Below, piece after piece: positions 40,343 to 48,998 of a DNA stretch of 64,000 nucleotides. Below the pieces are notes generated by a model. It had not been told where the DNA came from, made no database searches, and worked only from the letters and a program-made list of their open reading frames with translations. How positions within the stretch are numbered: position 1 is the first letter of the stretch; each line of letters begins with the position of its first letter. Source of the stretch: Desulfobacteraceae bacterium UBA2245 (GTDB lineage: Bacteria; Desulfobacterota; Desulfobacteria; Desulfobacterales; UBA2245); contig DDYB01000032.1 of assembly GCA_002347265.1 (NCBI GenBank), positions 322,482 through 386,481 of the forward strand, given 5' to 3'. The position numbers were made by a program, and so were the translations under genes.

Positions 40343-41236
40343 ATGAAACGATGCATTGTATCATATTCCTGTGTTTTGATCCTTGCCGCGTTCGTTTTTG
40401 CGGATGCCGCATACGCTCAGAAACCCAGGGTTCCATTTAAAAAACCGATGGCCGACATCCTGGTGTCCGGGGTCAGCATAAAGCCCGATCCTCCGAGGGC
40501 TCAGAAAGACATGATCACGATCGAGGTGACGGTGAAAAATGCCGGCAACGCCGCGCTTCCCAAGGTCTGTTCTCTGGCGATGGATCTTTATAATCAGGAC
40601 ACGAAACCGGACTACCGGAACCGCATCATACCCTGGTACGCGAACAACATTCCGACGCTGGCGCCGGGCGCCGAGGCGAAGATATCCAAGACCATCACGA
40701 TACCCTATCCCGGCACATACAAGCTCAGCCTTATCATCATCACGGAAGGTCTTCAGATCGGCGACGAAAATCCTCAGAACAACCGTCATGAGTTTGTTTT
40801 TGAGGCAAAGCGTCCTCCGGACGCTGTCGATCTCGTCCTCGACAGCGTTGCAATTGGTCCTGACGGACGTATCGTGCTCAGGATGCACAACGCCGGAGGC
40901 ACCATCCCGGACCAGGATTTCAGCACATCCTACGTTCGCGTGAGGGTGAGCGGTGTCGAGAGGCCCCTGGAAAGGAGCCTGCACATGAAAGATATCGACC
41001 CCGGCGGGATCCTGAAGCGGGGTCAGGATTCACCTCTGGGCGGAGGGCTGCCCTTTGGCAGTACAACCCGGCATCTCAATTTCTCCTGGCCCAACACAGG
41101 TTTCGACGCCATCAATCTTGTTGCGGGACATACATATACATTCACCGTGGAGGTCATCCTCGATTACAACAACCGCATCTCCGAAACGAACAAGGGGAAC
41201 AACCGCAGGACGGCGACGCTCACGTACAATCCATAG
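40343..41236 (+). CDS. Secreted CARDB-domain protein
   Basis: Signal peptide from the ATG at 40343 (AAAGGA RBS). Repeated pattern DILVSGVSIKPDPP...ITIEVTVKNAGNAA and DLVLDSVAIGPDG...LRMHNAGG is typical of CARDB modules. Confidence 0.6.
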   Translation: MKRCIVSYSCVLILAAFVFADAAYAQKPRVPFKKPMADILVSGVSIKPDPPRAQKDMITIEVTVKNAGNAALPKVCSLAMDLYNQDTKPDYRNRIIPWYANNIPTLAPGAEAKISKTITIPYPGTYKLSLIIITEGLQIGDENPQNNRHEFVFEAKRPPDAVDLVLDSVAIGPDGRIVLRMHNAGGTIPDQDFSTSYVRVRVSGVERPLERSLHMKDIDPGGILKRGQDSPLGGGLPFGSTTRHLNFSWPNTGFDAINLVAGHTYTFTVEVILDYNNRISETNKGNNRRTATLTYNP

Positions 41237-41471
41237 AAAAAAGCGGTTTCAGATTTAAACAAGGTTGTTGCCCGGGTTCATTGCAGGTTGTCAAGACATC
41301 GCCTTGCCGCCTTTACTGTGCGCTTGAATTTGAATCTGCCTTAAGGCGGAAGTCTATTGCCGGATCCCGGCATTCCAGTGTATTGTTTTTTTAATCAGTC
41401 TGAATGCGGATGGGTTGAAATGAATTCATTCCCAAACCCGCTTGATCATGCTTACACGACGCATAAATGAT

Positions 41472-42062
41472 ATGAATGATTTCTGGCTTTGCTTTGTTCC
41501 GCTCTTTGTGGCGGTTGATGCCGTCGGGGTTGTGCCGATCTTTGTCTCCCTGACAGAGGGCCTTGAAGCAACGCGTCTTCATGCCGTCATATTCCAGTCG
41601 GTTGCGACGGCATCGGTTATCGCCGTTGCGTTTCTCGTATTCGGTCCCGCTCTCCTGGCTTTTCTGGGCATAACGGTTCCCGATTTCATGATTGCAGGCG
41701 GCATCCTGCTGCTGGTAATTTCTCTGAACGATCTGTTGACCGGAGAAAAGAGGCAGCGGCAGGCCGATATTGAGAGCCTTGGAGCAGTGCCCCTCGGAAT
41801 TCCTTTGATCACGGGTCCCGCTGTTCTGACAACCTGCATTCTGCTGGCCAACACTCATGGAAAACTCATCACCGCCCTGGCGGTCGTGGTCAACATTGCC
41901 ATTGCCGGCATTGTCTTCTGGTTTGCAGATCCCATTACCAGACGTTTCGGCCGGACAGGCGCCAGGAGCGTGTCCAAGGTTGCCAGTTTGTTCCTTGCGG
42001 CGATTGCCGTCATGTTGATGAGAAGAGGCATACTCGAAGCGATTGCCGCGGCAGGCAAATAA
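41472..42062 (+). CDS. MarC-family (UPF0056) integral membrane protein
   Basis: FVPLFVAVDAVGVVPIFVSLT N-terminus and six hydrophobic segments. The ORF opens at 41442. Confidence 0.75.
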   Translation: MNDFWLCFVPLFVAVDAVGVVPIFVSLTEGLEATRLHAVIFQSVATASVIAVAFLVFGPALLAFLGITVPDFMIAGGILLLVISLNDLLTGEKRQRQADIESLGAVPLGIPLITGPAVLTTCILLANTHGKLITALAVVVNIAIAGIVFWFADPITRRFGRTGARSVSKVASLFLAAIAVMLMRRGILEAIAAAGK

Positions 42063-42072
42063 GGCCGAAGTT

Positions 42073-42546
42073 TCACTCCTGCTGGCATATACTGGCAAAC
42101 GCCCCGCCGGTCAGCCTTCGCAGGTCGTCCGGGCTCAATTCAATCTGCAGTCCTCGACGGCCTGCGCTGATGTAAATCGTTGAAAAATCTTGAGCCGAGG
42201 AATCGATGATGGTTTTCAGCCGCTTCTTTTGACCCAGTGGGCTCACCCCTCCCAGAACATAGCCGGTTGAACGCTCCACATCGGCGGCTGCCGCCATGCC
42301 CGCCTTTTTTGCGCCGGCAGCCTTTGCGATGCGTTTCATGTTCAGCATGGACGAAACCGGAACCAGGCCGACCGCCAGATCCCGGCTGTCGAGGCTCACG
42401 ATCAGTGTTTTGAAAAGCCTTTCTTCGGGCACGCCCAGTTTTTCGGCGGCCTCGGCGCCATAGGATTCACGCGAGGGGTCATGAACGTACTCATGAAGCT
42501 GGTAAGCGATTCCGGCTTTTTGGGCGATCTTTATACATGGCGTCAT
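42073..42546 (-). CDS. ybaK: Cys-tRNA(Pro)/Cys-tRNA(Cys) deacylase
   Basis: Collinear with E. coli YbaK as I recall it: MTP..K......I.Y..H.Y.HDP; KTL; STGY..GG.SPLGQKKRL.TIID. Confidence 0.9.
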   Translation of the reverse strand: MTPCIKIAQKAGIAYQLHEYVHDPSRESYGAEAAEKLGVPEERLFKTLIVSLDSRDLAVGLVPVSSMLNMKRIAKAAGAKKAGMAAAADVERSTGYVLGGVSPLGQKKRLKTIIDSSAQDFSTIYISAGRRGLQIELSPDDLRRLTGGAFASICQQE

Positions 42547-42882
42547 ATGGATTTCGCACGTCCTTTATTCATTCCGCAGAATCCATCTTCCGACAATCCT
42601 GTGTTCGGTGTCTTCCCAGGCCGCAAAAACTTTTCCGGCCGAATCAATGGCCAGGGACCGGCGGCCGGCGCCCCTGGATGTCCGGAAGCAGGCCGCGCTC
42701 GGCCATCGAGGCACATCCCGCGCACAGCATGACTGAAAAAAGAAAAGCGGCAACCATGCTCTGTTGAGGACCGATCCCCATATATTCACACGCGTTGCTT
42801 CATGATAACGGCTATCGTCACAATCCCTTGATGAACGCGCTTAAAACATGGAAACGCCGTAGTTCATGAATGCTGTCTTCGC

Positions 42883-44028
42883 TTATTTCCTGTGCGGATT
42901 GTGTTTTCTCGGTTTTCCTTCTATTCTTTCAATGGGGTCATTGACATAGACCTTCCCCAGTCCGATCGCCGAAGTAATGACCCCGCCTTTTCGATCCTCA
43001 CTGATGCCCTCTGTATACCCGAGATCCACCGGCACCTTGCCTCTGCCGCCCTGGGCATCCACGACATAGGTCGGGCGAAGAAAACCCGTTGTGCTGCCGC
43101 AAAGGTCTCTGCAGATTTCCTTGCCTTTGTAGATCGCGGTTCTAAAATGACCCGTGCCCTCAACAAGATCCGCGTAATAGAGATAATACGGCCGTACGCC
43201 GATTCTGCCCAGGCCGTGCACCAGGTCTCTCATGACATCGGTGTCGTCGTTCACGCCCTTGAGCAAAACACTCTGGTTGGCGATGGGAATGCCCAGATCC
43301 CTTAAAATTTTAACAGCCTGAAAACTCTGGGCGGTGATTTCATTCGGGTGATTAAAGTGGGTGTTGATGAAGAGTTGCGGCTCTTTCAGCGACTGGGGCG
43401 TATGCTTTTTCAGCATGGCAATGAATTCGGCGTCTTCGATGATTTTTTGCGGCCAGACACAGGGGACCCTCGTGCCGATTCTTACCAGATCAATGTGTTG
43501 AATTGCCCTGAGTTTTCCGAGGATTTCATCCAGTCGTTTGGTCGGAATCAGCAACGGATCCCCGCCCGAGATCAGGACGTCTCGAATCTCTTGGTGCGAA
43601 GCAATGTATTCAATGCCCTTGTTGATATCCTCCAGGGTTGGATTTTTCAGGTTGTCGCCGACTTTTCGTTTCCGGGTGCAGAATCTGCAATACATCGCGC
43701 ACTCGTTGGAGACAAACAGCAAAACCCTGTCCGGATACCTGTGGATGATTGTCCTCGGGCCCCCAAGCGGAATATCTCCTTCTTCATCCAGCGGATCTTC
43801 CGACAGGTCCATATAATGCTCAAGCTCCTCGACATCCGGAATGGCCTGTTTCCAGATGCCGTCATTTATCTTTTCAATGAGACCGAGGTAATACGTATTG
43901 ACCCGCATCGGATATCTGGCAATAACGTCCTTCAGCCTGGGATCCACTCTTGCCTTCCGCCCCTTGAGCCATTTCTCCAGGTCTTCGAAGGTCCTGATCC
44001 CGTTTTTTAAAATATCCTTATATGCCAT
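42883..44028 (-). CDS. KamA-family radical SAM aminomutase (lysine 2,3-aminomutase-like)
   Basis: CAMYCRFCTRKRKV cluster, ISGGDPL, and the PLP-region pattern of the KamA/EpmB family. Confidence 0.85.
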   Translation of the reverse strand: MAYKDILKNGIRTFEDLEKWLKGRKARVDPRLKDVIARYPMRVNTYYLGLIEKINDGIWKQAIPDVEELEHYMDLSEDPLDEEGDIPLGGPRTIIHRYPDRVLLFVSNECAMYCRFCTRKRKVGDNLKNPTLEDINKGIEYIASHQEIRDVLISGGDPLLIPTKRLDEILGKLRAIQHIDLVRIGTRVPCVWPQKIIEDAEFIAMLKKHTPQSLKEPQLFINTHFNHPNEITAQSFQAVKILRDLGIPIANQSVLLKGVNDDTDVMRDLVHGLGRIGVRPYYLYYADLVEGTGHFRTAIYKGKEICRDLCGSTTGFLRPTYVVDAQGGRGKVPVDLGYTEGISEDRKGGVITSAIGLGKVYVNDPIERIEGKPRKHNPHRK

Positions 44029-44098
44029 TGAGAATGCTCCTTCGCTTTCAAATGAATATGCACCGCCCGTGGCGATCTTCTATGCATTCTGAATATCG

Positions 44099-44114
44099 CG
44101 GCACGGTGCTTGCA
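44099..44114 (+). promoter_or_regulatory. Near-consensus sigma-54 promoter motif, on the strand opposite to both flanking genes
   Basis: CGGCACGGTGCTTGCA matches (T)GGCACG-N4-TTGCA at 15 of 16 specified or spaced positions. Confidence 0.4.
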
Positions 44115-44227
44115 ATAGTTGTTTTTTGCACGCATTATAGCGCAGCTTTAACAATTATGCACATGCTCAGTTTTCCCGGCCCGGATCTGACCGGTTGTCA
44201 AGGGCATTTCCGGAATTTCCAGTCAAA

Positions 44228-44971
44228 TCAATAAGCTGGCCGGCACTCGATTCCCCATCTCAAACAGTCGTTTGCGATCCGGTTTCCAATCATTTTGAAG
44301 TAGGCATCGGTATTCTTCTCCTTCCACCCGTGTTTTTCGTAGATCCTGTCGGCGTGGCGGTAATTCATGCGGTCGATGATGATATAGTCGACTTTTCCCG
44401 CCAGCATTGAGGTCAGATTCTCGGCTTCAGGAAGCATCGGCGCAATCATCGCGTAGGTCCTGATGCCGTTTTGATGCAGCGTCTCAACCGCTCTCAGCCG
44501 TTCCATGATGGAAGGCGCATCGGGTTCAAAGACTTTTCTGATTTCATCATTTGCGGTGGTGATGGAAAGCCCGACTTCGATGTCTTTTGATTTTTTGAAT
44601 ATATCCATGTCCCGAAGCACCAGGGGGGATCGCGTCTGAACGACCGCCGGCCAGTCGTTTTGAACCAGAATATCGAGACATTTTCTGGTGAGTCCGTATT
44701 TTGCCTCCAGAGGCTGATACGGGTCGCACACGCCGCTGATCCAGACGGTTCCCTTCTTTTTCTTCCGGATTTCTTTATTCAATAAATCAGGCGCGTTGAT
44801 TTTGACATCCACAAAATCCCCCCAGGGTTCCCGGTGCCCGGTGAATCTCTTCATGAACCTGGCATAACAGTAAGAACACGCATGCTGGCATCCGACATAG
44901 GGGTTGATGACGTAGTCGAAAACTTTTGACGGAGAGAGAATGGATTTTGAATATATTTCTTGTATCTTCAC
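44228..44971 (-). CDS. Radical SAM protein of the SplB/COG1533 (DNA photolyase-like) type
   Basis: INPYVGCQHACSYCYARFM cluster near the N-terminus; 247 aa. Confidence 0.75.
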   Translation of the reverse strand: MKIQEIYSKSILSPSKVFDYVINPYVGCQHACSYCYARFMKRFTGHREPWGDFVDVKINAPDLLNKEIRKKKKGTVWISGVCDPYQPLEAKYGLTRKCLDILVQNDWPAVVQTRSPLVLRDMDIFKKSKDIEVGLSITTANDEIRKVFEPDAPSIMERLRAVETLHQNGIRTYAMIAPMLPEAENLTSMLAGKVDYIIIDRMNYRHADRIYEKHGWKEKNTDAYFKMIGNRIANDCLRWGIECRPAY

Positions 44972-45109
44972 CGCTGTTCACAAGTCCTGTGGCCGCCATA
45001 AAAAACAGCGGAGTCTCCTCAAGCTCCGGGTTCGACCCGATATCGAACACAAACGGCCCCTTCCGCCACACTCATCAAGGGGAGGTTGTTTGCATCATTC
45101 AGGGCAGCC

Positions 45110-46216
45110 TCAGTCCAGGGATTCCTCCCTGAACTCGTGTCTCAGATCCTCGACGTGGATGCCCTCGTACAAGCCGGGCAGCGTGGCTTCCTTAAGGATA
45201 TTGTCCTTTGTCCCCCAGTACCAGGCAACCGTGTACGTGAAGGGTACGGTGGCCTGGTAACGCTTGACCGTCGAAAGCGCGACGATCTTCCTGCCCGGCG
45301 GCACTCTGACGGGAACAGACCAGGACACCTCTTCCGTGCTGGTGTTTTCGTAAGAGTTGCCGAATTCGGTGGAAGCGGACGCTTCAAAGCTCGCCTTGGC
45401 GCCGACCGCCCCCGGCAACCCCGCCGAGACCTCCGCGCCAAACTTCAATCCGACCGAGGCCTTGAATGTCAGAGTTTTTGTCGTGGTGACCTTCTTCGTG
45501 TCTTTGTAGGCAACGGTCTGCTCGACCGAAGTTCTGTTGGGTATCTCCTGCTGCGCCAGCCGTTCCGGAACCGCCTTCAGACTGGCGGCCTCGAGCGCGG
45601 CGAGGTCGTACTTAATATCCTTGATGTAGCAGGGCGCGCCGAAATGAAAGGTCATGCTGGTGACGGCGCGGCGAATGCTTTGCGCGCTGTGCCTTCTTTT
45701 GTTGACATGTCCGCTGATGGTTCTCAACCCGCCGATGCCGGATTCGCTGACAACAAACGGCTTTCCGGACAACCCGCCGAACTGGGGAGATGCGGAGCCC
45801 CCGTCGGTGAAGAATCTAAGCCGGCTGATATAGTTCCCCGCGATTTCTCCTTCAATGCGAACGATTCTCTCGCCTTCCGGGACTCTCCATACGGACCGGC
45901 CGGGAAGCTCGCTTTCGGCAGGGCCGATGTGAAAGAGACCTTGACCGTCCTGGCCGTAATAGAGGCGGATCCCGTAAATGAATCCGTTGGAAGCAACCTC
46001 GACCCTGGTGATCGGACCCTTGCCCACAACTTCTTCCGGATCACGGAATTCCACACACCCTTTATGGATCGTTCCGGTAACCGTGTATTCATTCGGCCGG
46101 TACACTTCGGAAAACACGCCGGACCGCGATAACTGGCGGGAAGCGCCGTCCTGGCTGCTTGCACAGCCCGAGACGAACGTGAGGATGAACAGAATCGCCA
46201 AACTGATCCGTGACAT
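45110..46216 (-). CDS. Lipoprotein with jacalin-like lectin domain and aerolysin/ETX-MTX2-like beta-pore-forming module
   Basis: AAGGAGG RBS and lipobox TFVSGC. Jacalin-like strands present (IYGIRLYYGQDG, IVRIEGEIAGNYISRLRFFTDGG). Amphipathic Ser/Thr-rich hairpin TLTFKASVGLKFGAEVSAGLPGAVGAKASFEASASTEF. Confidence 0.55.
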   Translation of the reverse strand: MSRISLAILFILTFVSGCASSQDGASRQLSRSGVFSEVYRPNEYTVTGTIHKGCVEFRDPEEVVGKGPITRVEVASNGFIYGIRLYYGQDGQGLFHIGPAESELPGRSVWRVPEGERIVRIEGEIAGNYISRLRFFTDGGSASPQFGGLSGKPFVVSESGIGGLRTISGHVNKRRHSAQSIRRAVTSMTFHFGAPCYIKDIKYDLAALEAASLKAVPERLAQQEIPNRTSVEQTVAYKDTKKVTTTKTLTFKASVGLKFGAEVSAGLPGAVGAKASFEASASTEFGNSYENTSTEEVSWSVPVRVPPGRKIVALSTVKRYQATVPFTYTVAWYWGTKDNILKEATLPGLYEGIHVEDLRHEFREESLD

Positions 46217-46446
46217 GACAAGGCCTCCTTTTCTCTTGAGACAACAACCGATATATTCCTTCAATATTTCAGCTCCTGATTTTGCTGCTTACTGCCGCGG
46301 ACCCGCTGCCGGTCAAGGCAGGTCTTCATTCTGTTCGCCATAGAGGATGTTCAACATGATCGTGGCTGCGGTATGGCATTGTTGACAAAAACCTGGCGGC
46401 GCCGGGCCTCCCGGCTCGGCTCTGCGGCCGGCTGCAGTCCAGGGGT

Positions 46447-46956
46447 TTACTTATAGAAGTCATCCCAGGGAACTTTCACAATATCGGGCTTGCCGCCCGC
46501 TTGTATGGTAATCTTCGTTGTAACCGGCTGCGCAACGTGGCAGTCGCCGAATTCAAACTCATGGCGTGACAGCACTGTTTCCGTGTTTCGTTTCACTTCG
46601 GCCCAGGCGGACATGAAGCCGCCGCATCTGCCCTGAAGGTTGGCGTTGCCGGGCAATGCGCCGATCGTGATGTCGTAGATGCCGTCACTGAGTTTGCACT
46701 GGCCGTGAACCGTTTTGCATGAAGCGATGGAGTCTCCGTTCTTCCTGTCTTTAACCACAAGCGACCAGGGATCCCATTGCCGGGCGCCTTTGTTCTTCAT
46801 CATTTTCTTCCCGGCCTCGTCATGAGCGCCGACGTACGTGAGAATGACCGCGTCCGCCTTCTCATCACATTCATAGCCTGCCAGTTTGTAGAAGAAGTCT
46901 GCGTGAGCGGATGCGGTCGACAGTACGATGATGGCAATTATGAACAGAGATTTCAT
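46447..46956 (-). CDS. Secreted Cys-containing hypothetical protein
   Basis: Signal peptide MKSLFIIAIIVLSTASAHA from the ATG at 46956. Six Cys. No recognisable motif. Confidence 0.45.
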   Translation of the reverse strand: MKSLFIIAIIVLSTASAHADFFYKLAGYECDEKADAVILTYVGAHDEAGKKMMKNKGARQWDPWSLVVKDRKNGDSIASCKTVHGQCKLSDGIYDITIGALPGNANLQGRCGGFMSAWAEVKRNTETVLSRHEFEFGDCHVAQPVTTKITIQAGGKPDIVKVPWDDFYK

Positions 46957-47006
46957 CAGTATCCTCAAACGGAGCGTTTGCCGGTGAAGCATGGCGGAAC
47001 GGCATG

Positions 47007-47933
47007 CTGTTCATTACCATGTCTAGTGGATTATGACAAGCCAAACATCGAGAAGACCGGCCTGACGGATATCGAGGTTGAGACCCCGTCAGGATCCGGA
47101 TTCCGCCTGCATGCGAAATGGTTGTTTTATTTCGAGGCTGTAGTAGAAAGAAAGGAAAAGCGCCATCCATGCGAAACAACGCGGCCTTGAGACGGATGCT
47201 CCGGCGGATCTGCACGGAGGCGCGATTGGGAATCTCTGGTGAATGAGAAGGAGGGTGAGTTATGTTGCGTGCATTGCTTGTCTGTTTGATCATCGTCGCA
47301 GGTGCTTTGGCTTACGGTGAACCGCCTTTGAAACCGGTGCATCCCGATGAGCCGGCCAGCCATACATTCGAGGAAAGGTTTTCCACCGGGCGTTCGCTGG
47401 AAAGCCTGGCCGCAATTCAATCCGCGCTGGACAGTTTCCGAGAACTCACAAAGGCGGCGGCTGATAAAATACCCGAAAAGAAGCTGGCTGAGATCGGAAA
47501 TACCGGCTGGGAAATGCAGAATCTGGGGTTCGTCAATCATGCGGGAACTGTGAGAGGAACCATACTGAAACAGGACTATCTGATCAAGAAACTGACATAC
47601 GAGCTGGCGCAGAGAAAATTGCAGTCAGGGGAGATGGATCCAAAGACCCTGCTCGAGGCCCAGGGCGAATACGAGAATGCGGAAAAACGGTTTCAGGAAT
47701 TCTGGAATGCTTTCGGCATCGCGGACTGAAGTTGCCGTTTCGATGGTCGGACCGACCCAAGTCGATGAAATTATGCGTTCACAACCGTTTTCGATCTGAC
47801 TCGTGCCATCGGCGATATTTCGCTTAAAACGCGGTTTTTGACCCCAAATTGAACGGCTAAGATCATTTTGGCGCTGTATTTTTACGATTTATCCCGTAAT
47901 GTCAAGAGGTTGGCTTGGTCCGACCCCCGATCC
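47007..47933 (+). repeat. Tandem duplication, copy 1 (927 bp)
   Basis: Near-identical to 47988..48914 at a constant offset of 981 bp, with a few dozen substitutions by eye. The 54 bp spacer between copies repeats the microhomology catgctgttc. Confidence 0.9.
47262..47729 (+). CDS. Small secreted helical protein, paralog 1
   Basis: GGAGG RBS, signal peptide MLRALLVCLIIVAGALAYG. 155 aa. Differs from paralog 2 at a few residues only. Confidence 0.6.
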   Translation: MLRALLVCLIIVAGALAYGEPPLKPVHPDEPASHTFEERFSTGRSLESLAAIQSALDSFRELTKAAADKIPEKKLAEIGNTGWEMQNLGFVNHAGTVRGTILKQDYLIKKLTYELAQRKLQSGEMDPKTLLEAQGEYENAEKRFQEFWNAFGIAD

Positions 47934-47987
47934 CCCGGTGCGCCATGCTGTTCCGGTTGGTCAGGTGCGCAAGCGGTCAGACAATTC

Positions 47988-48914
47988 CTGTTCATTAGCA
48001 TTTCTAGTAGATTATGACAAGCCAAACATCGAGAAGACCGGCCTGACGGATATCAGGGCTGAGACCCCATCAGTATCCGGATTCCGCCTGCATGCGAAAT
48101 GGTTGTTTTATTTCGAGGCTGTAGTAGAAAGAAAGGAAAAGCGCCATCCATGCGAAACAACGCGGCCTTGAAACGGATGCTCCGGCGGATCTGCATGGCG
48201 GCGCGATTGGGAATCCCTGGTGAATGAGAAGGAGGGTGAGTTATGTTGCGTGTATTGCTTGTCTGTTTGATCATCGTCACGGGTGCTTTGGCTTACGGTG
48301 AACCGCCTTTGAAGCCGGTTCATCCCGATGAACCGGCCAGCCATACATTCGAGGAAAGGTTTTCCACCGGGCGTTCGCTGGAAAGCCTGGCCGCAATTCA
48401 ATCCGCGCTGGACAGTTTCCGAGAACTCACAAAGGCGGCGGCTGACAAAATACCCGAAAAGAAGCTGGCAGAAATCGGAAATACCGGCTGGGAAATGCAG
48501 AATCTGGGGTTCGTCAATCATGCGGGAACTGTGAGAGGAACCATACTGAAACAGGACTATCTGATCAAGAAACTGACATACGAGCTGGCGCAGAGAAAAT
48601 TGCAGTCAGGGGAGATGGATCCAAAGACCCTGCTCGAGGCCCAGGGCGAATACGAGAATGCGGAAAAACGGTTTCAGGAATTCTGGAATGCTTTCGGCAT
48701 TGCGGACTGAAGTTGCCGTTTCGATGGTCGGACCGACCCAAGTCGATGAAATTATGCGTTCACAACCGTTTTCGATCCGGCTCGTGCCATCGGCGATATT
48801 TCGCTTAAAACGCGGTTTTTGACCCCCAAATTGAACGGCTAAGATCATTTTGGTGCTGTATTTTTACGATTTATCCCGTAATGTCAAGAGGTTGGCTTGG
48901 TCCGACCCCCGATC
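47988..48914 (+). repeat. Tandem duplication, copy 2 (927 bp)
   Basis: See copy 1. Ends in the CGACCCCCGATCC motif, which is then reiterated. Confidence 0.9.
48243..48710 (+). CDS. Small secreted helical protein, paralog 2
   Basis: 155 aa, same frame and RBS as paralog 1. Confidence 0.6.
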   Translation: MLRVLLVCLIIVTGALAYGEPPLKPVHPDEPASHTFEERFSTGRSLESLAAIQSALDSFRELTKAAADKIPEKKLAEIGNTGWEMQNLGFVNHAGTVRGTILKQDYLIKKLTYELAQRKLQSGEMDPKTLLEAQGEYENAEKRFQEFWNAFGIAD

Positions 48915-48944
48915 CGGCCCGACCCCCGATCCGGCCCCGATCCG
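48902..48944 (+). repeat. Short direct repeats of CCGACCCCCGATCCGG (about 2.5 units)
   Basis: ccgacccccgatccgg cccgacccccgatccgg ccccgatccg. A single unit occurs at 47920..47933, and a related array at 63679..63719. Confidence 0.7.
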
Positions 48945-48998
48945 CATATTTTACGATCTGCCAAATACTGCCGCTGCGATCTTTCAGTATTGATCGTG

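Noticed and set aside
44787-45071. ORF 44787..45071 (-), 94 aa, overlapping the start of the SplB-like radical SAM gene
   Set aside because: It overlaps a motif-supported gene in another frame and has no RBS or recognisable motif. The 138 nt gap 44972..45109 is more simply an intergenic spacer.
47055-47100. Hairpin cctgacgg...ccgtcagg in the leader of duplicated gene copy 1, as a possible riboswitch stem
   Set aside because: In copy 2 the 3' arm is ccatcagt with no compensating change in the 5' arm. The pairing is therefore not maintained, and no known riboswitch consensus was recognisable.
48902-48944. Could the CGACCCCC repeats be a CRISPR array?
   Set aside because: The units are 13-17 nt and directly abutting, with no spacers. 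There are at most three copies and no cas genes in the window.
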